Shown: piece after piece, positions 56,546-64,000 of the stretch
Position numbering within the stretch: position 1 is the first letter of the stretch
Layout of the letters: each line of letters starts with the position of its first letter
Assembly (NCBI GenBank): GCA_027066435.1
Contig: JAMONX010000121.1
Coordinates: 4,120 to 68,119 of the forward strand
DNA: 64,000 nt
Direction: 5' to 3'
Origin: Campylobacterales bacterium
GTDB taxonomy: Bacteria; Campylobacterota; Campylobacteria; Campylobacterales; QNZT01
Position numbers and translations under genes: made by a program
Notes under the pieces: model-generated
The model's input: the letters and a program-made list of their open reading frames with translations, nothing else
What the model was told of the DNA's origin: nothing
Database searches by the model: none

Positions 56546-58126
56546 TTAAATATTTGCTGCAACTTTATATGTTGGGTCATCTTCACTAAAGGTGCAAAAA
56601 GGTCCAGCCTCTTTTAGAAGATTTTTACAATCTTTACTTATGTGTCTGATAGTTAGTGTTTTACCGCTATCTTTGTATTTCTTTGTGATAGCATCTATCG
56701 CTTCTACTCCTGATATATCCATAACTCTTGTACCTTTAAAGTCCAAAATAACTTTTTTAGGGTCATTCTCAACATCAAACTGTTCATTAAAAGATGTAAC
56801 CGAACCAAAGAAAAGAGGACCATTTATCTCATAAACTTTTGTTCCATTATCTTGCATAATTCCCCTTGATCGTATTTTAGCATGTTGCCATGCAAAAACC
56901 AATGCAGATATAATAATCCCAGAAATAACAGCAATTGCTAAGTCAAAAAGTACGGTGATGATAGTTACAAGAACCAAAACAAATGCATCTGCTTTTGGCA
57001 TATATTTTATACGATTAACACTAGAAAACTCAAAAGTACCGATACTCACCATAAACATGATACCTATAAGCACAGCAATAGGAATGACTCCTATAAGATC
57101 ACTCAAACTTACTACAAACAAAATTAAAAGCACAGAGGCAGTAAAAGAGGAGATTCGACCAAGTCCACCAGATGTAAAGTTTATGATACTCTGCCCAATC
57201 ATAGCACACCCAGCCATGCCACCAAAAAATCCACTTGTAGCATTTCCGCATCCTAAAGCGATACACTCTTTGTTTCCATTACCTCTAGTGCCACTCATCT
57301 CATCTAAAACCGAAAGTGTTAAAAGTGACTCTATAAGCCCTACAAGTGCGACTAAAATAGCATATGGAAGGATTATTTTTAAACTCTCCCATGAGAGAAG
57401 TGAAAGTTCAGGCATAACAAATGTTGGAAAAGCTCCCTCTATATCTGCTAAGTCTGAAACAGTTTTGGTGTCAAGATTTCCAAAATAAACTATAATTGTA
57501 AGAAATACAATGGCTGCTAAACCAGAGGGAATAACTTTTGTAATTTTTGGCATATAGTACATAATAGCCATTGTGATAACGGTGATAATATACATCCAAT
57601 AGTTTTCATTGAAACTATGTATCAGTATATCGCTCCAACTCTCCAATGTGTCATAGTCACTGGATTTAAAAAACTTCAGTTGTGCAAGAGCAATAACAAT
57701 TGCAAGACCATTTACAAACCCAAACATAGCAGGTTGAGGAACAAGACGGATAAATTTACCAAGCTTGAAAAGTCCAACCATTATTTGAAAAGCACCAGCG
57801 ATTATAGTTGTCATTAAAATATAGTGCAGTATCACAATAGACAATGCCTCGCCTGAAAGATGAGGATTTAGTTTAGCGACTGCCAGCCCAAGTCCCACAA
57901 ATACAACAGCGACCGCACCAGTTGCCCCACTTATCATACCAGGCTTTCCACCAAATAGTGATGTTATAAGACCAAGTATAAAAGCTGCATACATTCCAAC
58001 AAGGGGACTAACCCCTGCAATAAAACTAAAAGCAATAGCTTCAGGAACAAGAGCAACAGCAACAACCATGCCCGAAAGCAGTCCATTTTTTATATTGAAT
58101 TTTTCGTAGTTTTTAAGATTTATCAA
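56546..58126 (-). CDS. SulP family anion transporter with a C-terminal STAS domain
   Basis: About 11 TM helices. SulP-like segment (PQPAMFGFVNGLAIVI). C-terminal STAS-like VILDFKGTRVMDISGVEAID. Confidence 0.8.
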   Translation of the reverse strand: MINLKNYEKFNIKNGLLSGMVVAVALVPEAIAFSFIAGVSPLVGMYAAFILGLITSLFGGKPGMISGATGAVAVVFVGLGLAVAKLNPHLSGEALSIVILHYILMTTIIAGAFQIMVGLFKLGKFIRLVPQPAMFGFVNGLAIVIALAQLKFFKSSDYDTLESWSDILIHSFNENYWMYIITVITMAIMYYMPKITKVIPSGLAAIVFLTIIVYFGNLDTKTVSDLADIEGAFPTFVMPELSLLSWESLKIILPYAILVALVGLIESLLTLSVLDEMSGTRGNGNKECIALGCGNATSGFFGGMAGCAMIGQSIINFTSGGLGRISSFTASVLLILFVVSLSDLIGVIPIAVLIGIMFMVSIGTFEFSSVNRIKYMPKADAFVLVLVTIITVLFDLAIAVISGIIISALVFAWQHAKIRSRGIMQDNGTKVYEINGPLFFGSVTSFNEQFDVENDPKKVILDFKGTRVMDISGVEAIDAITKKYKDSGKTLTIRHISKDCKNLLKEAGPFCTFSEDDPTYKVAANI

Positions 58127-58206
58127 GTTTTGCCTTATTTTATGTATAATTCTAAATAATTAAAGTCGCAGATTATACTGAAATAACAATATAAAGAATA
58201 TAAAAT

Positions 58207-59277
58207 ATGGATATATTAGAGATACTTTATGCAAGAGAGTTTAAAAAAGTAGCATACAATGTTAGAAAAGTAACGCTATGTAATAAAAAAACTCTGCTTT
58301 TAGGGCCTAAAGGGAGTGGTAAAAGTACGCTTATATTTGACTATTTGAGTCATAAACGAAAGGAAAGTTATTTATATATCGATTTTGATGATTTTAGGTT
58401 AAAAGATAAAAATATAGAAAATTCTTTAGAAAACTTTTTAAATAAACATCGTATCTCTTGTCTAGTTTTAGAAAATTTTGATTTTTCATTTCAAATACCT
58501 TTGATTGATGAGATACTAATCTCTACAAATAAAAAATACTCAATAGATGGATTTGATATAGTGACACTCTTTCCTCTTGATTTTGAAGAGTTTATCTCAT
58601 TTGACAAAAGAGAGTTAAATCTTGAAGCAATTTTTAGCTCATATACAATTCAAGGAACTTTTCCAGCGATGCAAAAAGAGCAAAAGGATGACTTTATAGC
58701 TCTATATCAAAACTTTTTAAAAAGATTTGTAAAGAGTGAGTTAGAGATGCAGATGTTAAAGCTATTCTCTTCACATCAAGGTAAAAGAGTCTCTGTGCAT
58801 GGACTGTTTCTTCTGTTTAAAGAGAGTCAAAAAATCTCTAAAGATACATTTTACAGTTTTGCTAAAAAACTTCAAGATGAGTATGTCCTTTTTTTGGTAG
58901 AAAAATATAACTCTAAAAAGAGTTCAAAAAAGCTCTATTTGATAGATTTTTCATTTCGCAGTGTTCTTAGTTTTGAGAAAGATTTTATTAAGAGATTTGA
59001 AAATATTGTTTTTTTAGAGCTTTTAAAGAGAGAGAAGAAGTTTTATTATACAGATGCAATAGATTTTTATATACCAGATGAGAGTAGGGCGATTATAACA
59101 ATTCCTTTTTTGCCTCAAAACTTAATAGAGCGTAAATTGCAAAGATTATCTGAACATTTTGTTTCACTTGATGTGAAAAATGTTCAGATAGTTACGATGC
59201 AAGAAGCAAAACAGTATGAACAAAACGGTATCTCTTATGAGTTATTACCCTTTTGGAGTTTTGCCATTTCTATTTGA
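58207..59277 (+). CDS. P-loop ATPase (AAA_14/DUF4143-like)
   Basis: Walker A LLLGPKGSGKST, Walker B-like CLVLENFD. The size and layout resemble the widespread 'ATP-binding protein' family. Confidence 0.55.
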   Translation: MDILEILYAREFKKVAYNVRKVTLCNKKTLLLGPKGSGKSTLIFDYLSHKRKESYLYIDFDDFRLKDKNIENSLENFLNKHRISCLVLENFDFSFQIPLIDEILISTNKKYSIDGFDIVTLFPLDFEEFISFDKRELNLEAIFSSYTIQGTFPAMQKEQKDDFIALYQNFLKRFVKSELEMQMLKLFSSHQGKRVSVHGLFLLFKESQKISKDTFYSFAKKLQDEYVLFLVEKYNSKKSSKKLYLIDFSFRSVLSFEKDFIKRFENIVFLELLKREKKFYYTDAIDFYIPDESRAIITIPFLPQNLIERKLQRLSEHFVSLDVKNVQIVTMQEAKQYEQNGISYELLPFWSFAISI

Positions 59278-60067
59278 TTACCTTGTCAAGCATAACATTT
59301 AGACTGTAAATAAGTACGCCATTATCACCATTTGCAACAAATAAAAGTCCTTCATCTTTGTTAAGAGATAATCCTTTTACACCACCTTGAACTTCAAAGT
59401 TTACAATCATATTTGGTTGAGTTATAGTTGTAATATCTAATAGATTTATACCAGTTTCACCAGCTGCAACAAGTGCTTTTGTGTCATTATCTGCTAAAAC
59501 GATATCATAAGCATTTGATTTGTCAAATGTATGTGAAAGTGTTGGAGATGCTGGATTTGAAATATCGTAAATCTCTAATCCATCTCTGCCTTTTGGTCTA
59601 AATTCATAATTTTTATCTTTTGTTGTTGTAAACTTTTGTATTTCTTGTTTTGTTGTCACTGATTCTTTTACGGGGCTTGAGAGGTTGGAAATATTGATAA
59701 TATTTATAAATCCTTGTTCATTTTCAACATAAAGCTTACTTTCATCTTCACTCAATGATAAACTCTTAGCATTTATTCCGTCTATTACCCCTATGAGTTC
59801 TGATGAGATGCTATCTTCATAGCCAATTTTCACGATTTCTACACCATCTTCCCCTTTTGCAACAAATAGAGCATCTTTTGATAGTGTGATAGCTTCTGCA
59901 CTTCCTGAGAGCTTGATAGTTTTTACTTTCCCATCTTTATCTGTTACTAAAGCTTGTTTTTTATCATCAGATTTAGTTTCTGCTTTTGCTTGTGGGTCAC
60001 TTGCACTGCTTCCTCCGCATCCTATTAAAAATATACTTACTAAAATTGAACTTATTATTTTTTTCAT
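59270..60067 (-). CDS. Lipoprotein with LVIVD-type beta-propeller repeats
   Basis: Lipobox FLIGC. Recurrent G(V/L)EI(V/Y)(K/D)I..., GINLLDIT and GVLIYSL repeats. Confidence 0.55.
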   Translation of the reverse strand: MKKIISSILVSIFLIGCGGSSASDPQAKAETKSDDKKQALVTDKDGKVKTIKLSGSAEAITLSKDALFVAKGEDGVEIVKIGYEDSISSELIGVIDGINAKSLSLSEDESKLYVENEQGFINIINISNLSSPVKESVTTKQEIQKFTTTKDKNYEFRPKGRDGLEIYDISNPASPTLSHTFDKSNAYDIVLADNDTKALVAAGETGINLLDITTITQPNMIVNFEVQGGVKGLSLNKDEGLLFVANGDNGVLIYSLNVMLDKVIK

Positions 60068-60170
60068 AATTTTATCTCCTTTAGAAGCAAATCGGATTTA
60101 AATAATTTTGATTTAAACAAAAGAAGAATTAGATATGATAAATCATAAAAATGAGTAAAAAAGGAACATA

Positions 60171-60707
60171 ATGACACTCTGCGGTATTGATGAAGCAGGA
60201 AGAGGATGTTTGGCAGGTCCCCTAGTGGTGGCGGGTGTAATACTCTCTAATGAGATAGATGGATTGACTGATTCTAAAAAGCTTAGTGAAAAAAAACGAG
60301 AACTTTTATATGAACAGATAGTGCAAAATGCTAAATATGAAATTGTTTTTACAGATAATGAGACAATTGATAAGATTGGTCTTTCTCTCTCTTTAAAAAA
60401 TTCTCTTATTAAAATCATAGAAGTTTTAAAACCACAACATACTATATTTGATGGAAATACAACATTTGGCGTTTTAGGAATTGAAGCTATCATCAAAGCA
60501 GACCAAAGTGTTGCAGAGGTAAGTGCCGCTAGCATCTTAGCAAAAGTGAGCCGAGATCGTTATATAGTTGAACAAGCTTCTTTATATCCTATTTATCAGT
60601 TTGAAAAACATAAAGGATACGGTACGAAGATTCATAGAGAGCTTATAAAAGAGCATGGATATTGTCCACTTCATAGGCGGTCTTTTAAGATAAAGAGTAT
60701 CAAATAA
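60171..60707 (+). CDS. rnhB: Ribonuclease HII
   Basis: CGIDEAGRGCLAGPLVVAGV, DSKKLS and ASILAKV.RD motifs. Confidence 0.9.
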   Translation: MTLCGIDEAGRGCLAGPLVVAGVILSNEIDGLTDSKKLSEKKRELLYEQIVQNAKYEIVFTDNETIDKIGLSLSLKNSLIKIIEVLKPQHTIFDGNTTFGVLGIEAIIKADQSVAEVSAASILAKVSRDRYIVEQASLYPIYQFEKHKGYGTKIHRELIKEHGYCPLHRRSFKIKSIK

Positions 60708-61038
60708 GCCAATTATCCAAATCAAATATATCTTCAGTTACTGCTATACTTTTCCAACCAGTAGAATCTAGATGCATCAACTTCCCTCCAAAATACCCCA
60801 CAACATACTGCTCTTTATATATGGCAAAACATCCTACAGATATAGACGCAAAAATCTCAGATGCATTTTTAGGAGTTTTTAGATTCTCAAAATCACTTAA
60901 GTGTATAGCCCTAAGAGCATCTAGTAAAAACTCATTGTCCTTTAATGCACTGCTTATTGTGTAGTACATAGGATATGATATAGGTGGGTCTTCTATAAGT
61001 TCTGTTATGTAAATTCGCTCTTTTTTCTTATTATTCAT
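60700..61038 (-). CDS. 112-aa hypothetical protein
   Basis: ORF with a plausible start. No recognisable motif. Confidence 0.35.
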   Translation of the reverse strand: MNNKKKERIYITELIEDPPISYPMYYTISSALKDNEFLLDALRAIHLSDFENLKTPKNASEIFASISVGCFAIYKEQYVVGYFGGKLMHLDSTGWKSIAVTEDIFDLDNWLI

Positions 61039-61094
61039 AAGGAGAGTTTACAGGAAATATTTTTTAAACTCTTTTTTTATTTCAAATTGAAATA

Positions 61095-61496
61095 TTAACT
61101 ATCTATTGACTCCATAAGTACCTCAATGATATCTGTCATAGTAAGGATTCCATAAATCTCATTATCATCAATTACTAGGAGTCTTTTTATGCTACTGTTT
61201 ACCATCATCTTTGCGGCATATTTGACATCTAGTTTTCTTGAAACTGAAATTGTGGGAGAGATCATTATGTCATAGGCATTTAAGAGGTCTATATCTCCAT
61301 CTTCTGCTATTATTGATTGTAAGATATTTTTATAAGTTAAAAGTCCATAGGCGCCATTTTGGCTATTTTTTTCAACAATAACTGATTTAACATTTTTTTC
61401 TTGCAGTGTCTTTAGGACTTTTCTTATAGTCGCTGTTTGTGTTACGATTATAAGTCTCTCTTTGGGTGTCATAACATCTTGTACTAATTTTTTCAT
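61095..61496 (-). CDS. CBS-pair domain protein
   Basis: 133 aa. Two CBS-like repeats (VMTPKERLIIV...VKSVIV; MISPTISV...IKRLLVIDDNEIYGILTMTDII). Confidence 0.7.
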   Translation of the reverse strand: MKKLVQDVMTPKERLIIVTQTATIRKVLKTLQEKNVKSVIVEKNSQNGAYGLLTYKNILQSIIAEDGDIDLLNAYDIMISPTISVSRKLDVKYAAKMMVNSSIKRLLVIDDNEIYGILTMTDIIEVLMESIDS

Positions 61497-61513
61497 AATA
61501 TTTTCTCCTTAAA

Positions 61514-61864
61514 TTATAAAATATGTTTGATATCTTGTTCAAATTTATGTAGTTCATCATTGTTTAGACCAGCGACATGGCTTAGGGGCATTGTAAATGC
61601 CAATGAGCTGTTATCATGGTCATCAAGATTTAATTGAACTCTTAATGCTTTCATCACTTGCATCGAGAGTCTTCTTGGGAGGATAAAAAGAAGTATTGAG
61701 ACATTCTCTTCTAGTGTTAAACCAAAAAAGACTTTTTTCTCTTTAAGTCCTATATTGCTTCCATGTATAATTGTAGCAGCACCAGCCCCTGCTTCTTTGG
61801 CGATGCCAATGGCTTTCTCTTCATCTTTATTTGCAATTATTGCAACTAGTGCGACAAATTTCAT
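61514..61864 (-). CDS. P-II-like signal transduction protein
   Basis: 116 aa. PII-like beta-alpha-beta start [35 protein letters not shown]. 4-nt overlap with the upstream DUF1538 gene. Confidence 0.5.
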   Translation of the reverse strand: MKFVALVAIIANKDEEKAIGIAKEAGAGAATIIHGSNIGLKEKKVFFGLTLEENVSILLFILPRRLSMQVMKALRVQLNLDDHDNSSLAFTMPLSHVAGLNNDELHKFEQDIKHIL

Positions 61865-63381
61865 GATTTCTCCTTTGTTGTTTTTTGATTGATTTGTGCA
61901 AATATTCCATAACCCATAACACTGATAATAGGAAACAGAGATGCAAATGCAATCAAACCAAAACCATCGATGAGTGGATCTCTTCCTTCTATGTTTTGAG
62001 CAAGTCCAAGTCCAAGGGCTGCGACTAAAGGTACAGTAACAGTTGATGTTGTAACGCCACCACTGTCGTAAGCTATAGGGACAATATGTTTTGGTGTAAA
62101 CTGTGTTAAGATAATTACTGCAATATATCCTACAATTATATAATAGTGTATAGGATCTCCCGCAACAAGACGATAAGCCCCTAATGCAATGCCAACTGCT
62201 ACACCAATTGCTACAGCTACTCTTAGATTGGTTTGCTTTATATTTCCATCGCTTATCTCTTCTGCTTTTATGGCGATTGCAAGAAGGGAAGGTTCCGCCA
62301 TGGTGGTTGAAAAGCCTATCAAAAAAGCAAAAAGATATATTAGTAGATTGTTTTGCATCGTTGTTAATTGAAAAGCGATACTCTCTCCGATAGGGAAAAG
62401 CCCCATCTCAAGACCTACTATAAAAGCATATAATCCAAATATTACCATAACAATACCTGTAATAATTTTATGCAAGTGAGCAACAGGTTTTTTGATAATA
62501 ATATATTGAAAAAAGAAAATCACTATAAGAATTGGAGCTATATCTCTGATGACACTTACCAACTCAAGCAGAGTATCAAGAAAATTAAAATTGTAAGTTG
62601 CTATAACGGCTTGTACACTCTCAACTGTAGTTGTTACATCTGCATCTGCTATTGCATAAACTATGATTCCATAAATTTGTACAAAAATCATAGGAGTTAA
62701 AGAGGCAAATGCAATCAAGCCAAATCCATCAATAACAGGATTTCTTCCTTTGATACTAGACGCTAATCCAATTCCAAGAGCTGCAACTAGCGGAACTGTA
62801 ACAGTTGAGGTTGTAACTCCTCCACTATCATAAGCAAGTCCTATAATCTCTTTTGGTGCAAAAAATGTTATAGCAACTACCAAAATATACCCTGCAACGA
62901 TATAGTAATGAATAGGATGTCCTAGCAAAATTCTAAGAGTGCCTAGAGCAATAGCAAAACCAACCGAAAGTGCGACTGTCATTCGTAAATAAAAAGAATC
63001 TATCCTTCCATCACTTATAGCTGCAGCCTTATCTGCAATAGCTATGAGAGCTGGTTCAGCAACTGTGGTAGAAAAGCCTATCAAAAAAGCAAAAAGAAGC
63101 AACCAAAACAGCGATCCTTTTTTAGCAAAATCAGTAGCAAGCCCTTCACCTATTGGAAAGATACCAAGCTCTAACCCTCTTATAAAAAGAGCTAACCCAA
63201 TAGCAACTATAAAAAGACCAATGATGATAGAAGTTAAATTTTCAGGAACTGCTCCAATGATAGCAATTTGAAAAAAAGCAACCACGAGGATAATAGGAAC
63301 AAGGTCTTTAAAGGAGTTTTTAAGATCATTTGCAAATATTTTCAAGCTTTCGTTCATCCCGTTATTGTACTTGATTATCAC
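61861..63381 (-). CDS. DUF1538-type membrane protein, internally duplicated
   Basis: Two homologous halves share [55 protein letters not shown] and [12 protein letters not shown]. About 12 TM helices. Confidence 0.65.
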   Translation of the reverse strand: MIIKYNNGMNESLKIFANDLKNSFKDLVPIILVVAFFQIAIIGAVPENLTSIIIGLFIVAIGLALFIRGLELGIFPIGEGLATDFAKKGSLFWLLLFAFLIGFSTTVAEPALIAIADKAAAISDGRIDSFYLRMTVALSVGFAIALGTLRILLGHPIHYYIVAGYILVVAITFFAPKEIIGLAYDSGGVTTSTVTVPLVAALGIGLASSIKGRNPVIDGFGLIAFASLTPMIFVQIYGIIVYAIADADVTTTVESVQAVIATYNFNFLDTLLELVSVIRDIAPILIVIFFFQYIIIKKPVAHLHKIITGIVMVIFGLYAFIVGLEMGLFPIGESIAFQLTTMQNNLLIYLFAFLIGFSTTMAEPSLLAIAIKAEEISDGNIKQTNLRVAVAIGVAVGIALGAYRLVAGDPIHYYIIVGYIAVIILTQFTPKHIVPIAYDSGGVTTSTVTVPLVAALGLGLAQNIEGRDPLIDGFGLIAFASLFPIISVMGYGIFAQINQKTTKEKS

Positions 63382-63439
63382 TTTTATTTTAATTATCTTA
63401 ATAATTTCATCTAAACCAATATTTTGTTACAATATCCTT

Positions 63440-63547
63440 ATGGAACTAAAAAAACTACCGATAGGCATACAAACATTCAAAGATATTCAAGATGATAACT
63501 ATGTTTATGTAGATGAAATAGAAATGGTGCTTCAAACGATAGAGTGA
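63440..63547 (+). pseudogene. 35-codon N-terminal remnant of an AAA-ATPase/PD-(D/E)xK (DUF1703-like) gene
   Basis: MELKKLPIGIQTFKDIQDDNYVYVDE matches the characteristic N-terminus (KKLPIGIQ.F..I...NY.YVDKT) of that ~500-aa family. It stops after 35 codons. Confidence 0.45.
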
Positions 63548-63557
63548 GCTTTCTTTA

Positions 63558-64000
63558 ATGTATGGAGCAATTCTAAAAAATCCTACTATTAGACGGTTAT
63601 CTATTGTCCAATTTATTGCCTATTTTGGGGCTTGGTTCTCAAATGTTGCTATTTATACTATGATCTTGGAGTTTGGGGTTAGTCCTATTGTCAATGCTCT
63701 GGTAGTTGCTATGTATTCACTTCCTGCGATATTGTTAGCACCTATGAGTGGAGCTATAGTTGATAAGTTGCCATTTAAGAGGTTTATGATTGCTCTTCTT
63801 TGTGTTGAGCTTGTTATGACGCTGATGTTTCTTTTGATTATAGATATCTCTGATGTTTGGCTTTTGATGTTGTTTATATTTATTAGGATGAGTGCGGCTT
63901 CACTTTTTTTTACAGCGGAGATGTCACTTTTGCCTCAAATTGTAAGTGGAAAAGATTTAAGACTTGCAAATGAACTTCACTCAATTATCTGGTCGGTATG
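63558..64000 (+). CDS. MFS transporter (3'-truncated by the window end)
   Basis: The ATG at 63558 opens a frame to the window edge: MYGAILKNPTIRRLSIVQFIAYFGAWFSNVAIYTMILEF...PMSGAIVDKLPFKRFM (MFS_3/EntS-like N-terminus). Confidence 0.65.
   Translation, partial: MYGAILKNPTIRRLSIVQFIAYFGAWFSNVAIYTMILEFGVSPIVNALVVAMYSLPAILLAPMSGAIVDKLPFKRFMIALLCVELVMTLMFLLIIDISDVWLLMLFIFIRMSAASLFFTAEMSLLPQIVSGKDLRLANELHSIIWSV

Noticed and set aside
56955-57488. 177-aa plus-strand ORF inside the SulP transporter gene. The same applies to 1232-1621, 13652-14002, 36389-36772, 42307-42711, 60143-60535, and 62184-62393 / 63044-63271.
   Set aside because: All lie antisense to long ORFs with clear family motifs. They have odd composition and no start context, so I treat them as shadow ORFs.
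1-64000. CRISPR arrays, rRNA genes, IS elements or integrases
   Set aside because: No regularly spaced direct repeats, no rRNA-like sequence and no transposase or integrase motifs were seen in any long ORF.

Overview
AT-rich chromosomal window. Gene content, the tmRNA tag (ANNTDYRPAHALAA) and a Wolinella-type nos cluster point to Campylobacterota (Epsilonproteobacteria, Sulfurimonas/Wolinella-like); the taxon is an inference. Most of the window is housekeeping: moaA-queE-queD, rhlE, dnaG, trpA, panB, ruvB, alr, rnhB, tRNA-Ala(GGC) and ssrA. Five accessory blocks stand out. (1) A complete clade II N2O-reductase cluster, nosZ-B-D-G-C1-C2-H-F-L'-Y-L (37277-47195). It has a perfect Crp/Fnr-type palindrome at class II distance from a TATAAT box. 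(2) Directly upstream (31.6-37.1 kb) lies a TonB-dependent receptor plus ApbE flavin transferase. This unit is convergent with an operon for a porin, a secreted FMN-binding protein and two small His-bearing 4-TM proteins, with Fur-box-like sequences in its promoter region. I read this as a candidate, uncharacterised periplasm-directed flavin/heme electron-transfer or metal-reduction module. (3) A six-gene, translationally coupled synthase-dependent exopolysaccharide operon (21.5-29.7 kb) mixes Pga-, Bcs- and Bacillus Yda-like components. (4) A DUF1538 (internally duplicated) / PII-like / CBS transporter-like triad sits at 61.1-63.4 kb. (5) Smaller oddities include tandem split-block SGNH lipoproteins, a PAS protein overlapping a soluble TlpD-like chemoreceptor, a 10-11-heme cytochrome with a convergent diheme lipoprotein, a DUF898+M48 pair, two exported proteins whose signal peptides have no canonical start codon, and gene fragments next to ssrA. 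No CRISPR array, rRNA or intact mobile element was seen. All calls rest on reading motifs in the supplied ORF translations and the DNA; no database search was possible.
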